A stretch of DNA of 30,428 nt from Methanosarcinales archaeon (GCA_025464345.1 JAODGP010000023.1:1-30428), one strand, 5' to 3'; positions 8,244 to 22,776 are shown, counted from the stretch's first letter. The notes: generated by a model not told the origin, from the sequence alone. Numbers and translations are program-made.

Positions 8244-8926
8244 TTAGTGAAGAAAGCCTCCTTGCTTCTATAATTCTCGTCACCCACATTTAAATTCTCT
8301 ATTATCTTCGCCACATGACCCGGTCTGGGCGTGAGTACAATTATCACCTTACCGAGAAATACCGCCTCCTCTATGCTGTGGGTCACCAGTACCATTGTCA
8401 TCCCGTTATCCTTCCACAACTCGAGCAGGAAATTCTGCAGCGTTTCACGCGTCAGCGCATCAAGCGAGGATAACGGCTCGTCCATCAGCAATATCTTCGG
8501 TTTTAACGCCAGTGCCCTCGCAAATCCCACCCGCTGCTGCATACCCCCGGATAACTGCTTTGGATAGTGATTTGCGAAACTGCTCAGCCCCAGCTTATCC
8601 ATAAGAGATAGTGCTATCCTCCTTCGCTCGCTCTTCGGTATGCCACGTATCTGTAAGCCCAGAACGACATTCTCATAGACGGTCTTCCACGGGAATAGCC
8701 CGTAATCCTGCAGTATCAATGCCACTTCCCGTGGCTCTGCACCGAGCTGTACCCTGCCCCCTGTTGGCTTCAGAATACCAGCCAGGATGAACAGGAGGGT
8801 GGACTTACCACAGCCAGAGGGACCGATGATCGAGCAACTCGCACCGGCGGGTATCACAAAATTGACATCACGTAATGCCTCTGTGCCATCCGGATATACC
8901 ATGCTCAGCTTCTTCGCTTCTATCAT
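8204..8926 (-). CDS. ABC transporter ATP-binding protein, NitT/TauT family
   Basis: Walker A GPSGCGKS, signature LSGGMQQR, Walker B LLMDEP, H-loop VTHSIEEAV and QDYGLFPW. Confidence 0.95.
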   Translation of the reverse strand: MIEAKKLSMVYPDGTEALRDVNFVIPAGASCSIIGPSGCGKSTLLFILAGILKPTGGRVQLGAEPREVALILQDYGLFPWKTVYENVVLGLQIRGIPKSERRRIALSLMDKLGLSSFANHYPKQLSGGMQQRVGFARALALKPKILLMDEPLSSLDALTRETLQNFLLELWKDNGMTMVLVTHSIEEAVFLGKVIIVLTPRPGHVAKIIENLNVGDENYRSKEAFFTKCREVRQNIPPAI

Positions 8927-8938
8927 TCACCCCACAGC

Positions 8939-9862
8939 TCACCCGCTCCAGACAGTATCTTCATACGAGACCGGGTTCTGGACCATATTCTTGCTCCGCA
9001 TCCATTGGATAACCGAATCAAAATCCGCCTCCGGATAGGGCTGCGGCTGCATATACGTAGCCATCTTATAGCCCGGTGCTATCTGCGCGGGCATGTGCGT
9101 CTTCTCCACAAGTAGCGCGCGGTACTTCTCGGGATCCGCATTTATACGCCGTACTGCATCACCGTATGCCTCCAAAAACTTATGCACCGCCTCAGGATTC
9201 GCATCTACGAAATCGCCACGGAATACTATCACGGTCTGCGATATCGTCCGGTTTTCGAGCATAGAATCTGAGATCACCAGTTTAGCACCACTGAAAAGTG
9301 CATAACTCGCCAGCGGCTCGGGTAGCGTAGCAGCGTCTATCTCACCGCTCAGCAGCATCTGCATACGCAATGGCACCTTCTTCACCTCCACCTTCTCCAC
9401 CGGCGTGGCTCCTATCAAAGCATCAGTTATGTATTCTATGATGGTATTGCTGGAGATGCCTATCTTCTTGCCGTTCAGGTCGCTGACCGAGGTTATGCTG
9501 GAACGAGGCGATGCGAGTATGGCGAACCGCATCTTATCCGGCGTCTCCTGCAGCTCAAGCGATACTATACGGATGTCATAGCCTGCGTTTCGTAACAGAA
9601 TCACACCCACAGGATCGTTCTCCGCAGCTACTATCTCGCCCGCCGTCAGCGCACTATCGCGTTCCATAGCGCTCTGAAACGGTACTATCTCAACATTCAG
9701 CCCATAACTGCTGAATATCCCATCCTGTGCGGCGACGTAATAAGGCAAAGTCGCTTCGTCCGGCATCAGTCCTACCTTTATAGCTCCTGTCTCGTGTTTC
9801 GTTACACAGCCACAGCACACCAGAGCCACCACAACCAGCGCAATGAATATCTCCTTACGCAT
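8939..9862 (-). CDS. ABC transporter substrate-binding lipoprotein (SsuA/THI5/NMT1-like fold)
   Basis: Start moved to the ATG at 9862, giving MRKEIFIALVVVALVCCGC (signal peptide with lipobox). Motifs FQSAMERDSA, DLNGKKIGISS, LLSGEIDAATLPEP. ATTTAAAT TATA lies about 23 nt upstream. Confidence 0.88.
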   Translation of the reverse strand: MRKEIFIALVVVALVCCGCVTKHETGAIKVGLMPDEATLPYYVAAQDGIFSSYGLNVEIVPFQSAMERDSALTAGEIVAAENDPVGVILLRNAGYDIRIVSLELQETPDKMRFAILASPRSSITSVSDLNGKKIGISSNTIIEYITDALIGATPVEKVEVKKVPLRMQMLLSGEIDAATLPEPLASYALFSGAKLVISDSMLENRTISQTVIVFRGDFVDANPEAVHKFLEAYGDAVRRINADPEKYRALLVEKTHMPAQIAPGYKMATYMQPQPYPEADFDSVIQWMRSKNMVQNPVSYEDTVWSG

Positions 9863-9933
9863 GGTTGCCTTTTCATGATCAGCTAATTTAAATCTGTTCT
9901 TTACTGTACTCCACACCCTTATTTATGAATATA

Positions 9934-10377
9934 TCACGATATGCGCTTCTTCTCTTTCTTCTCAACCACGATCCGCTCTATGCAGGTATATGGATAATTA
10001 CCGGTCTCGTCCTTCTCCTCTGATTTCACCATATCCCAGATGGTAAGCAGAGCCACAGATAGACCATGCAGTGCATCCATCTCCACACCGGTCTTACCGA
10101 CCGACTTGACCGTCACTCTCGCATTTATTACACACTCGCCCACCCGGAATTCAACATCTACCGAGTCTATATTCACGGGATGGCACAATGGAATCGCTTC
10201 TGGCGTCCTCTTAACTGCGAGAATCGCCGCTATCCGGGCACAGGCGAATACATCTCCCTTCTTTATCTCGCCCCTCTTCACCTTCTCGAGCGTACGGGCG
10301 CTCAATTTAATACTGCCCGATGCCACCGCCGTTCTCACCATTGCCTCTTTTCCACTTATATCCACCATGCGTGCCAT
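9934..10377 (-). CDS. moaC: Cyclic pyranopterin monophosphate synthase MoaC
   Basis: MVDISGK, KGDV...ARIAAILAVKRTPEAIPLCHP, KTGVEMDAL and TIWDMVKS. Start placed at the ATG at 10377 (MARMVD). Confidence 0.96.
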   Translation of the reverse strand: MARMVDISGKEAMVRTAVASGSIKLSARTLEKVKRGEIKKGDVFACARIAAILAVKRTPEAIPLCHPVNIDSVDVEFRVGECVINARVTVKSVGKTGVEMDALHGLSVALLTIWDMVKSEEKDETGNYPYTCIERIVVEKKEKKRIS

Positions 10378-10389
10378 CTCTAATGGATG

Positions 10390-10404
10390 TATGTTTAAAA
10401 CATA
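10390..10404. promoter_or_regulatory. Perfect 6-3-6 inverted repeat TATGTT-TAA-AACATA over the TATA-like box upstream of moaC; candidate operator
   Basis: Directly visible palindrome in the moaC/uppP divergent spacer. AT-rich, so it could be chance. Confidence 0.35.
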
Positions 10405-10459
10405 AGAGCATAGAATCAATGATTTGTTTTAATATGTCCATAGAAAGTGGGTATTTACG

Positions 10460-11257
10460 ATGAACCCAATCCAGTCAGCCCTTTTAGGTATGCTCCAGGG
10501 GATTACGGAATGGCTCCCGATAAGCAGCCAGGGGCAGACAGCGCTTGTTATGCTGAATTTTATGCAGATAGATGCGGAGCACGCTATATCAGTTGCTGTT
10601 TTCCTTCATACAGGAACAATGCTTGCGGTTCTTATCAGATTCAGAAAAGATTTCGTCTCAATGCTGAACCGTGAGTCAAAACTGTTAAGGCATATCGTGG
10701 TTGCGACGGTATCAACTGCGATCACAGCAGTGCCCCTTCTCTTTCTCCTTCTGTTTTCCATCGAAAACCTCTTTGAAAAAGGAGCGATTACCACTCTTTT
10801 AACGGGTGCAATAGGTATTATGCTAATATTAACAGGGCTAATACTCGGAGTACAAAAGCGAGCAGGCAACAGCGGCTATCGGTCTCTCGACGAGATAACG
10901 ACGCGGGATATGGTTTTTGCGGGGCTTGCACAGGGATTCTCTATTTTACCCGGTATATCCAGGTCGGGAACGACAATTACCATTCTGTTGATGAGCGGCA
11001 TCAGACAAGAACTCGCATTGAAGTTATCTTTTCTTATGAGCGTTCCCGCGGTGTTTGGTGCTATTGTGTTGTTTGAAGTCAGGGGAATATCAGCTATTGC
11101 AACGAGCGATGCCGCAATTATGGTGCTCTCATCTTTTATAGCTGGATATATAACGATGGATATTCTGCTAAGGTTTGCGAGGAGTGTGAATTTCTCGATT
11201 TTTTGTATTTCTTTAGGTGGTTTTACACTTCTGTTATCTTTACCTGTATTTGTATAG
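10460..11257 (+). CDS. uppP: Undecaprenyl/polyprenyl-diphosphate phosphatase (BacA/UppP family)
   Basis: QGITEWLPISS motif 1 and AQG.SILPGISRSGTT motif 2, FSFLMS.P-like LSFLMSVP; multiple TM segments. Confidence 0.92.
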   Translation: MNPIQSALLGMLQGITEWLPISSQGQTALVMLNFMQIDAEHAISVAVFLHTGTMLAVLIRFRKDFVSMLNRESKLLRHIVVATVSTAITAVPLLFLLLFSIENLFEKGAITTLLTGAIGIMLILTGLILGVQKRAGNSGYRSLDEITTRDMVFAGLAQGFSILPGISRSGTTITILLMSGIRQELALKLSFLMSVPAVFGAIVLFEVRGISAIATSDAAIMVLSSFIAGYITMDILLRFARSVNFSIFCISLGGFTLLLSLPVFV

Positions 11258-11368
11258 AACACAAGATCTGCATATTCTCTTCTTTCTAAGAGACTGCATA
11301 AAGAAGTTGTACTTAAAGCTGCGAATTACGGCGTGTACATGCTTATAGAATAGCCGAGTCCATAGGGT

Positions 11369-12397
11369 TCAATCCATTTCCTCGAAGAAGAACTCGTTGC
11401 ATAACGGGTCTTCAGCCAGATAATCGCCCGTGTGGAGATATGCACGCACACGACATCCACCGCACAGGTCTCTATTCCTGCATCGTGCGCATCTACCCTT
11501 CACCTTCCTCCCCCTCAGTGAGATGAACACTTCGGAATCGAGTATCTCACGAAGCCCCATATCCTTTACGTTGCCGGCTTTCACATCCAGCAGCGGGCAT
11601 GGTACAACATCGCCGTTCGGCTTGATTGAGAGCATACCAGTTGCGGCACGGCAGCCAGGCGGTTCAGAGAAGAAGAAATCAGGCACGAAAAGCCCCTCCT
11701 CCGCTTTCCTCTTCAGTATCACCCAGTATTGCGATGCCTGTGTGGTGCATATATCAATACTCTTTCCTAACCTGCGCTGTTCATCGTATAGCAGTAGCAG
11801 ATTACTTATGTATTCCTCTATCCCCAGTTCATCTGCGGGTATTCTCTCTTTGCCCCTGCCCAGTGCTATATAATGGAAGAACCTGCACTGTCTGGCACCC
11901 AGCTCCAGTGCGGTGTGGATTATCGCCGGGGTCTCTTCTTCGTTCTGCTTCATTATACAGGGATCAATAACGAGTTCCATACCCGCTTCTTTACACAATC
12001 GCGCAGCCCTCACCGCTTTATCGTATACTCCCGAGCCCCTGATCCTGTCATGTGTTGCCCGTCTTCCGTCAAGAGGGATGATGACCTCTTCAATACCCGC
12101 CTCTTTCATTCGCTTTACACGCCTGGCATTGAGCATTGTACCATTGGTTGCGAGCGTTAAACGTAAACCCATCTCATTTGCATATTCTATGAGCTTGAAT
12201 ATATCTTCCCGCATCAGTGGCTCTCCACCACCAAAAGTGATATTCGCATCAGATCCGAAGACAGAAGCTATTTCGTCTATGAGCTCATAAGCCTCCACTG
12301 TTGTGAGCTCGTCATCCAGCGGTGTACCCGCGATATAGTAGCAATGCAGGCAGCGGAGATTACAGGCACGCGTCACGTTCCAGTTGATACTGTACAT
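11369..12397 (-). CDS. Radical SAM/SPASM protein, NirJ/AhbC-AhbD/PqqE-like
   Basis: WNVTRACNLRCLHC (CxxxCxxC), GGEPLMREDI, ATNGT and LDG...HDRIRG; SPASM C...GDVVPC...C..C.....CGGC...DPLC. Start is ATG 12397 or GTG 12400. Confidence 0.9.
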   Translation of the reverse strand: MYSINWNVTRACNLRCLHCYYIAGTPLDDELTTVEAYELIDEIASVFGSDANITFGGGEPLMREDIFKLIEYANEMGLRLTLATNGTMLNARRVKRMKEAGIEEVIIPLDGRRATHDRIRGSGVYDKAVRAARLCKEAGMELVIDPCIMKQNEEETPAIIHTALELGARQCRFFHYIALGRGKERIPADELGIEEYISNLLLLYDEQRRLGKSIDICTTQASQYWVILKRKAEEGLFVPDFFFSEPPGCRAATGMLSIKPNGDVVPCPLLDVKAGNVKDMGLREILDSEVFISLRGRKVKGRCARCRNRDLCGGCRVRAYLHTGDYLAEDPLCNEFFFEEMD

Positions 12398-12436
12398 CAC
12401 TACTATTTATCCGTAGCATGCCTTTATCCTTTTGAT

Positions 12437-12907
12437 ATGAACGGGGACTTAAGGCGAGTGCGAATCATTGCGGATTTCCAGTTTGGCACAGGTAGCGGTG
12501 AAGCACTCTTCCCGGACAGTGTCGAGTTTACACGCACAAGGAGCGGGCGAATAGCGCAGATAAAGGATAAGGGCAGGCGAATAGCGACGTTAAGGAGCTA
12601 TGATGGGTTACTCACACTCGGTATCGAGGGTGCTGAGCGTTTGCGGCGCTTCCTCGCGTATCCGCGTATGCGGGTCGTTATGAATGATACCGTCAGGGAA
12701 TTCATAATAGCGGGCGGCACCGCGTTCTGTAAACATGTTGTGGAAGTGGATCCAGGGATAAGGGCGTACGATGAGGTGATAGTGGTGGACGAACAGGATG
12801 AACTGCTGGCAACAGGCAGAGCGATGCTATCGCCGGAAGAGATCAAATCATTTGAACACGGTGTCGCAGTTAAAGTGAGATACGGCGCTGCTGCAACAAA
12901 AATTTAA
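12437..12907 (+). CDS. Stand-alone PUA-domain protein resembling the C-terminal (C2-C3/PUA) part of archaeosine tRNA-guanine transglycosylase
   Basis: RRVRIIADFQFG, SRSGR-like TRSGRIAQI, ATLRSYDGLLTL and PUA signature FCKHVVEVDPGIRAYDEVIVVDEQDELLATGRA. Start moved to the ATG at 12437 to avoid overlapping the divergent radical SAM gene. Confidence 0.82.
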   Translation: MNGDLRRVRIIADFQFGTGSGEALFPDSVEFTRTRSGRIAQIKDKGRRIATLRSYDGLLTLGIEGAERLRRFLAYPRMRVVMNDTVREFIIAGGTAFCKHVVEVDPGIRAYDEVIVVDEQDELLATGRAMLSPEEIKSFEHGVAVKVRYGAAATKI

Positions 12908-12942
12908 GTTATGCTACCTGTTTATTATACAACCTGAATATC

Positions 12943-13419
12943 ATGGCAATCTGGGATGTATTGAGGGATAAGAGGCTCACCATCGCTACTGCAGAGTCAT
13001 GTACGGGTGGGCTGGTATCTCATTTAATAACAAACGTTCCGGGTAGTTCCGACTATTACAGGGGCGGTGTGGTCGCCTATGCAAATGATGTTAAGGAAGA
13101 GATACTGCATGTCCCGCGGGCGATAATAGAGGGCGAGGGCGCGGTGAGCGCCGCGTGTGCGCGAGCGATGGCGGCGGGTGTGCGCAAACTACTCCAGGCA
13201 GATATAGGTATTGCCACCACTGGCATTGCGGGACCCACAGGTGGTACACCCGATAAACCGGTTGGTTTGGTTTATATAGCATTGGCTACAAAAGATAACG
13301 TTTACCACGAACGGTATATCTTCCATGAAGATAGAGAGGGCAACAAGGCAGGAGCAGCGGATGCCGCACTCAGGATGCTGCGTAGATATGTATCGGGGGC
13401 TCGTAGCTCAGAAAGGTAG
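12943..13419 (+). CDS. cinA: CinA C-terminal domain protein / NMN deamidase (PncC-like)
   Basis: TIATAESCTGGL, PGSS.YY.GGVVAY.N..K, GAVS..CA..MA and TTGIAGPTGGT..KPVGLVYI. Confidence 0.92.
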   Translation: MAIWDVLRDKRLTIATAESCTGGLVSHLITNVPGSSDYYRGGVVAYANDVKEEILHVPRAIIEGEGAVSAACARAMAAGVRKLLQADIGIATTGIAGPTGGTPDKPVGLVYIALATKDNVYHERYIFHEDREGNKAGAADAALRMLRRYVSGARSSER

Positions 13420-13470
13420 AGCAGCGGGCTTTTAACCCGTCGGTCGCGGGTTCAAATCCCGTCGAGCCCG
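13397..13470 (+). tRNA. tRNA-Lys (anticodon TTT), intronless
   Basis: GGGCTCG-TA-GCTC...GAGC-A-GCGGG-CTTTTAA-CCCGT...GCGGG-TTCAAAT-CCCGT-CGAGCCC-G. Confidence 0.96.
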
Positions 13471-13487
13471 TTATTTATAGAGAAGAG

Positions 13488-13727
13488 ATGAAGAAGAAGG
13501 TCTCGATACTCGAGCATGAACTGGTGCCCCTGCACGAGGTGATGACGGAGCAGGAAGTGACAGAACTTTTGAAGAGATATAAAATAAGAAAAGAGCAGTT
13601 ACCAAAGATAAAAATCAGTGATCCGGTGATAAAGGAGATAAAAGCGAAGGAGGGGGATGTGGTGAAGATAACGAGGAACAGCAGAACGGCTGAGAAGTTT
13701 TTATCCTACCGGCTGGTAACGAAGTAA
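13488..13727 (+). CDS. rpoH: DNA-directed RNA polymerase subunit H (Rpo5)
   Basis: [31 protein letters not shown] and YRLV. Confidence 0.97.
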   Translation: MKKKVSILEHELVPLHEVMTEQEVTELLKRYKIRKEQLPKIKISDPVIKEIKAKEGDVVKITRNSRTAEKFLSYRLVTK

Positions 13728-13735
13728 AGGAGGAG

Positions 13736-16700
13736 ATGAATATGCTGGACAGAAGTGTTCTTGCAAGATCATATTTTACACGGGAGAAGATAGCACAGCA
13801 TCAGCTCGATTCATTCAATTACTTCCTCGAGGAGGGTATGCAGAACATAATAGACGAGCAGTCAGGCATAGAGACAACGATCGGTGGCGAGGACGAACGT
13901 GGTAAGTATAAGCTGTGTGTGAATTTTGGTAAAATAAGGGTTGGTACTCCGAAGGCGCGTGAGGCGGACGGTTCTTATGAGGTGATATTCCCTTCACAGG
14001 CGCGTTTGCGGAACTTAAACTATGTTGCACCGCTGTATCTTGAGATGCAACTGATGAAACGGTACGATAGCGGTGAGGAGATACCTGAGGGTGAAGTGAA
14101 CGAGGTGGAGATAGGTGAGCTCCCTATAATGCTGAAATCCATCAAATGCAACCTCTACGGGCTCACAGACGAGGAACTGATAGAGGCTGGTGAGGATCCC
14201 CTCGACCCCGGTGGCTATTTCATAATAAACGGTTCCGAGCATGTGATAATAACGCTCGAGGATCTCGCACCAAACAGGATATTCGTGAACTTCGAGGAGA
14301 GATACGGCAGCAAGACCGCCGTTTCCAAGGTATTCTCACTCAGGCATGGCTTCAGAGTGCCGATTCGTGTGGAGATAAACAGGCGAGGGATACTTGAGGT
14401 CTCGTTCCCATCGATACAGAGGAAGATAAACTTCGTGACACTCATGCGTGCTCTGGGTCTCGAGTCACCGGAAGCGATAATAAAAGCCGTATCGGGCGAT
14501 CCGCAGATAGTGAAGTACATGAAGGAGAACATAGAGGAGTGCGAAGTGAAGACACAGGAGGAGGCGATAGAGCTGCTGGGTCGTAAGGTCGCTCCGACAC
14601 AGGCGCGGGAGTTCAGGGAGAGGCGTGTGAACTACATCATTGACCGGTATTTCCTGCCACATCTCGATGACAGAGTTGCGAAAGCGCATTTCATAGGCAG
14701 GATGGCGGAGGCGTGCTATGAACTGCTGCTGGGGCGGCGCGGGGAGGATGACAAGGATCATTATGCGAACAAACGGTTGAAACTTGCGGGAGACCTCATG
14801 GAAGACCTGTTCAGGGTCTCATTCTCCAAACTGGTGAAGGATATGCGATATCAGCTGGAACGTGCGAATATGCGTAGCAGGGAATTGAAGCTCACAACTG
14901 CCATTCGCTCTGATGTGCTAACCGAGCGATTACTGCACGCACTGGCGACCGGTAACTGGGTTGGTGGCAGAGCAGGTGTATCACAGCTACTGGAACGGAG
15001 CAATTACATAGCGACACTGAGCCATCTCAGGCGTATAATGTCGCCCTTGTCGCGGGCGCAGCCGCATTTCGAAGCCCGTGATCTGCATCCAACGCAGTGG
15101 GGCAGGATCTGTCCTACCGAGACACCGGAAGGACCCAACTGCGGACTGGTCAAGAATTTCTCGCAGATGGTTGAGATAACAGTGGGTGTGGATCCCGGTA
15201 CGTTTAAGGACACCCTGTATTCTCTGGGTATTATTCCGCCAGCCCGCGCTCTTGAGCTCGATGCCGCTCTCAGGGCGCGTGTCTTTGTTAATGGCGATCT
15301 CATCGGCTTTACCACCGATCCCGAGCGGTTTGTGAACGATGTTCGGCGGCTGAGAAGGCACGGTGAGATCTCCACACAACTGAATATCGCCTACTATGGG
15401 GACAGACGAGATATAATCATAAATTCGGATCGTGGTAGAGCACGGCGACCGTTGATAATCGTGGAGAACGGCAGACCTCTGCTGACGGAATCGCATATAG
15501 AGAAGCTGCGTAACGGCGAGCTCAGGTTTGATGATCTGGTGAAAGAAGGACTGATCGAGTACCTTGATGCAGAAGAGGAGGAGAATGCACTGATTGCGAT
15601 AAACGAGGAGGATTTGAGAAGTGGCGAATACACGCATCTGGAGGTTGACCCATCAATGATTCTGGGTATTGTAGCCGGGCTGATACCCTATCCAGACCAC
15701 AATTCCTCGCCTCGTAACACCATGGGCTGTGCCATGCTGAAGCAATCTCTCGGCATTCCGGCTGCCAATTTCAAGCTCTGGGCTAATACAAGGACACACA
15801 TACTGCATTACCCGCAGAAACCGATAGTGAAGACGAGGACTGCCGATCTCATCTTACATGGTAAGAGACCCGCAGGTCAGAATTTCGTCGTCGCTGTACT
15901 GAGTTATGAAGGTTACAATATGGAAGATGCCCTTATCATGAACCGTGCTGCGATAGATCGTGGACTGGGCAGGAGTCATTTCTTCAGGACTTATGAGGGC
16001 GAGGAGCGAAGATATCCTGGAGGAGAAGAGGACCGATTTGAGATACCGGGTGCGGATATAGCGGGCGTGAGGAGTCCCGAAGCATACACTCAGCTTGATG
16101 AGGCGGGCATAATAAATACGGAAGTGGAGGTGGAGCCGAATGAGGTACTGATAGGTAAAACGAGCCCACCGAGGTTCCTGGAGGAGACCACAGAGCTATT
16201 GAGCCCGTTAGAACGCAGAGATACTTCTGTCTGCACACGCTCAAATGAGCGCGGGATAGTGGATTCTGTGGTGCTCATGGAATCGAGCAGTAATCGCCGC
16301 CTGGCAAAGATAAGCGTCCGTGACCAGAAGATACCTGAGATTGGTGATAAATTCGCATCGCGACACGGGCAGAAGGGTGTCATCGGGTTGATCGCATCAC
16401 CCGAGGATATGCCATTCACCGAGGACGGGATAATCCCTGATATGATTATAAACCCACATGCTATACCTTCAAGGATGACCGTAGGGCACGTACTGGAGAT
16501 GATAGGCGGTAAAGTTGGTGCAATGGAGGGAAGGTATGTGGATGGTACCGCGTTTACAGGCGAATCTGAGAGTGAATTAAGGGCTGCTCTTGAACGTCTT
16601 GGATTCTCGTCCACAGGCAGGGAGGTAATGAGGGATGGCAAGACGGGAGAGCGGATAAAAGCGGAGGTCTTCATCGGGCTCGTGTACTACCAGAAACTGT

Positions 16701-17080
16701 ACCATCTGGTATCTGCGAAGATGCATGCGAGGGCACGTGGTCCGGTTCAAATATTGACAAGACAGCCGACCGAAGGAAAAGCGAGGGGTGGCGGACTTCG
16801 ATTCGGTGAGATGGAGCGGGATGTTCTTATTGGCTATGGCGCTGCGATATCGCTCAAGGACAGGTTGCTGGATGAATCGGACAGGGTGGTCGAGCTGGTG
16901 TGTGGTAACTGCGGAATGATAGCGAGCTATGATCTGAAGACGGGCTCGGCATATTGCCCCAATTGCGGCTCAGATACAGATATATACCCGGTTGAGATGA
17001 GTTATGCATTCAAATTATTACTTGATGAGATGAAGGCTATGTGTATTGCACCGAGATTGATACTGGAGGAATCGGTCTGA
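13736..17080 (+). CDS. rpoB: DNA-directed RNA polymerase subunit B (Rpo2), unsplit B''+B'
   Basis: [77 protein letters not shown] and a C-terminal Zn finger; 1114 aa without a stop. AGGAGG SD. Confidence 0.98.
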   Translation: MNMLDRSVLARSYFTREKIAQHQLDSFNYFLEEGMQNIIDEQSGIETTIGGEDERGKYKLCVNFGKIRVGTPKAREADGSYEVIFPSQARLRNLNYVAPLYLEMQLMKRYDSGEEIPEGEVNEVEIGELPIMLKSIKCNLYGLTDEELIEAGEDPLDPGGYFIINGSEHVIITLEDLAPNRIFVNFEERYGSKTAVSKVFSLRHGFRVPIRVEINRRGILEVSFPSIQRKINFVTLMRALGLESPEAIIKAVSGDPQIVKYMKENIEECEVKTQEEAIELLGRKVAPTQAREFRERRVNYIIDRYFLPHLDDRVAKAHFIGRMAEACYELLLGRRGEDDKDHYANKRLKLAGDLMEDLFRVSFSKLVKDMRYQLERANMRSRELKLTTAIRSDVLTERLLHALATGNWVGGRAGVSQLLERSNYIATLSHLRRIMSPLSRAQPHFEARDLHPTQWGRICPTETPEGPNCGLVKNFSQMVEITVGVDPGTFKDTLYSLGIIPPARALELDAALRARVFVNGDLIGFTTDPERFVNDVRRLRRHGEISTQLNIAYYGDRRDIIINSDRGRARRPLIIVENGRPLLTESHIEKLRNGELRFDDLVKEGLIEYLDAEEEENALIAINEEDLRSGEYTHLEVDPSMILGIVAGLIPYPDHNSSPRNTMGCAMLKQSLGIPAANFKLWANTRTHILHYPQKPIVKTRTADLILHGKRPAGQNFVVAVLSYEGYNMEDALIMNRAAIDRGLGRSHFFRTYEGEERRYPGGEEDRFEIPGADIAGVRSPEAYTQLDEAGIINTEVEVEPNEVLIGKTSPPRFLEETTELLSPLERRDTSVCTRSNERGIVDSVVLMESSSNRRLAKISVRDQKIPEIGDKFASRHGQKGVIGLIASPEDMPFTEDGIIPDMIINPHAIPSRMTVGHVLEMIGGKVGAMEGRYVDGTAFTGESESELRAALERLGFSSTGREVMRDGKTGERIKAEVFIGLVYYQKLYHLVSAKMHARARGPVQILTRQPTEGKARGGGLRFGEMERDVLIGYGAAISLKDRLLDESDRVVELVCGNCGMIASYDLKTGSAYCPNCGSDTDIYPVEMSYAFKLLLDEMKAMCIAPRLILEESV

Positions 17081-17081
17081 G

Positions 17082-21884
<4,803 letters not shown>

Positions 21885-21888
<4 letters not shown>

Positions 21889-22307
21889 CAGTAAAACTCG
21901 ATACAGAAGGTATAAGGTATATAGGTATATTTGAGAGTCTTACGGGTGCGGATGTCAAGGATTGCATACTGGAGAACGACAGGGTGATAATGGTGGTGAA
22001 GAAGGGAGACATGGGGCTCGCCATAGGGAAAGGTGGTGCGAACATAAGCAAGGTGAAGAGGCTATTGAAGAAGGAGATAGAGGTGATAGAGCACTCTACC
22101 GACGTGCGGGAGTTCATAGTGAATCTCTTACGACCTGCGGAGGTGAAGAGTGTGGAACTCTCGATGAAGGACAACAAGCGCTATGCATACGTGGAGGTTC
22201 CGAATAAAGACAAAGGTATCGCAATAGGTAAGAGGGGCGAGAAGATAAAGAGGGTGAAGCTACTGATGAAACGGAATCAGAACATAGACAATGTGGTCAT
22301 CAAATAG
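21885..22307 (+). CDS. nusA: Archaeal NusA (two KH domains)
   Basis: GDMGLAIGKGG.NI and DKGIAIGKRGEKIK KH GxxG loops; canonical position. Confidence 0.95.
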
Positions 22308-22343
22308 TTTTATTTATTCAGGGTTATCAGATATAGAGAAGAG

Positions 22344-22772
22344 ATGGGGAGAGGGCTATTCGCGGCGAGGAAAGCGAAGAAACTGAGGAAGAAGTTCCGC
22401 TGGCGAGATGCCGGATACGCCAGGCGGGCGTTGCAGATAGCGAAGAAGAAGGACCCGCTGGAGGGTGCACATATGGCAAGGGCGATAGTGCTGGAGAAGG
22501 TGGGGATAGAGGCGAAGCAGCCCAATTCCGCGATAAGAAAGTGCGTTCGTGTGCAGTTGATCAAGAACGGTAAGCAGGTGACTGCGTTTTGCCCCGGTGA
22601 CGGTGCAATAAAGTTCATAGACGAGCATGATGAAGTATTGATAGTGGGTATGGGTGGTAGAAAGGGCAGATCGTACGGTGACCTCTCCGGTGTGAGGTTC
22701 AAGGTGGTCGCGGTAGCTGGTATATCTCTGAATGAACTGATAAAGGGCAGGAAAGAGAAGATAGTCAGGTAA
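22344..22772 (+). CDS. rps12: 30S ribosomal protein S12 (uS12)
   Basis: [30 protein letters not shown] and [10 protein letters not shown]. Confidence 0.98.
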   Translation: MGRGLFAARKAKKLRKKFRWRDAGYARRALQIAKKKDPLEGAHMARAIVLEKVGIEAKQPNSAIRKCVRVQLIKNGKQVTAFCPGDGAIKFIDEHDEVLIVGMGGRKGRSYGDLSGVRFKVVAVAGISLNELIKGRKEKIVR

Positions 22773-22776
22773 GCAA

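Noticed and set aside
9863-9916. Extra 18 N-terminal residues on the SBP, and similar extensions on moaC (10378-10419) and the ZnuC-like gene (23283-23339)
   Set aside because: Downstream ATGs give a proper signal peptide, homology start or translational coupling.
10460-11257. Lower GC / T-rich uppP as a sign of horizontal transfer
   Set aside because: Largely explained by the Phe/Ile/Leu-rich membrane protein composition; no mobility signals.
11240-11299. 19-aa minus-strand micro-ORF MQSLRKKRICRSCVLYKYR downstream of the radical SAM gene, considered as a peptide substrate
   Set aside because: No SD or promoter, overlaps the uppP end in antisense, and is of a length expected by chance.
12344-12436. 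N-terminal extension of the PUA ORF in the ORF track
   Set aside because: Overlaps the divergent radical SAM start; homology begins at the ATG at 12437.
14987-15637. 216-aa minus-strand ORF and other antisense ORFs within rpoB/rpoA
   Set aside because: Shadows of conserved RNAP genes.
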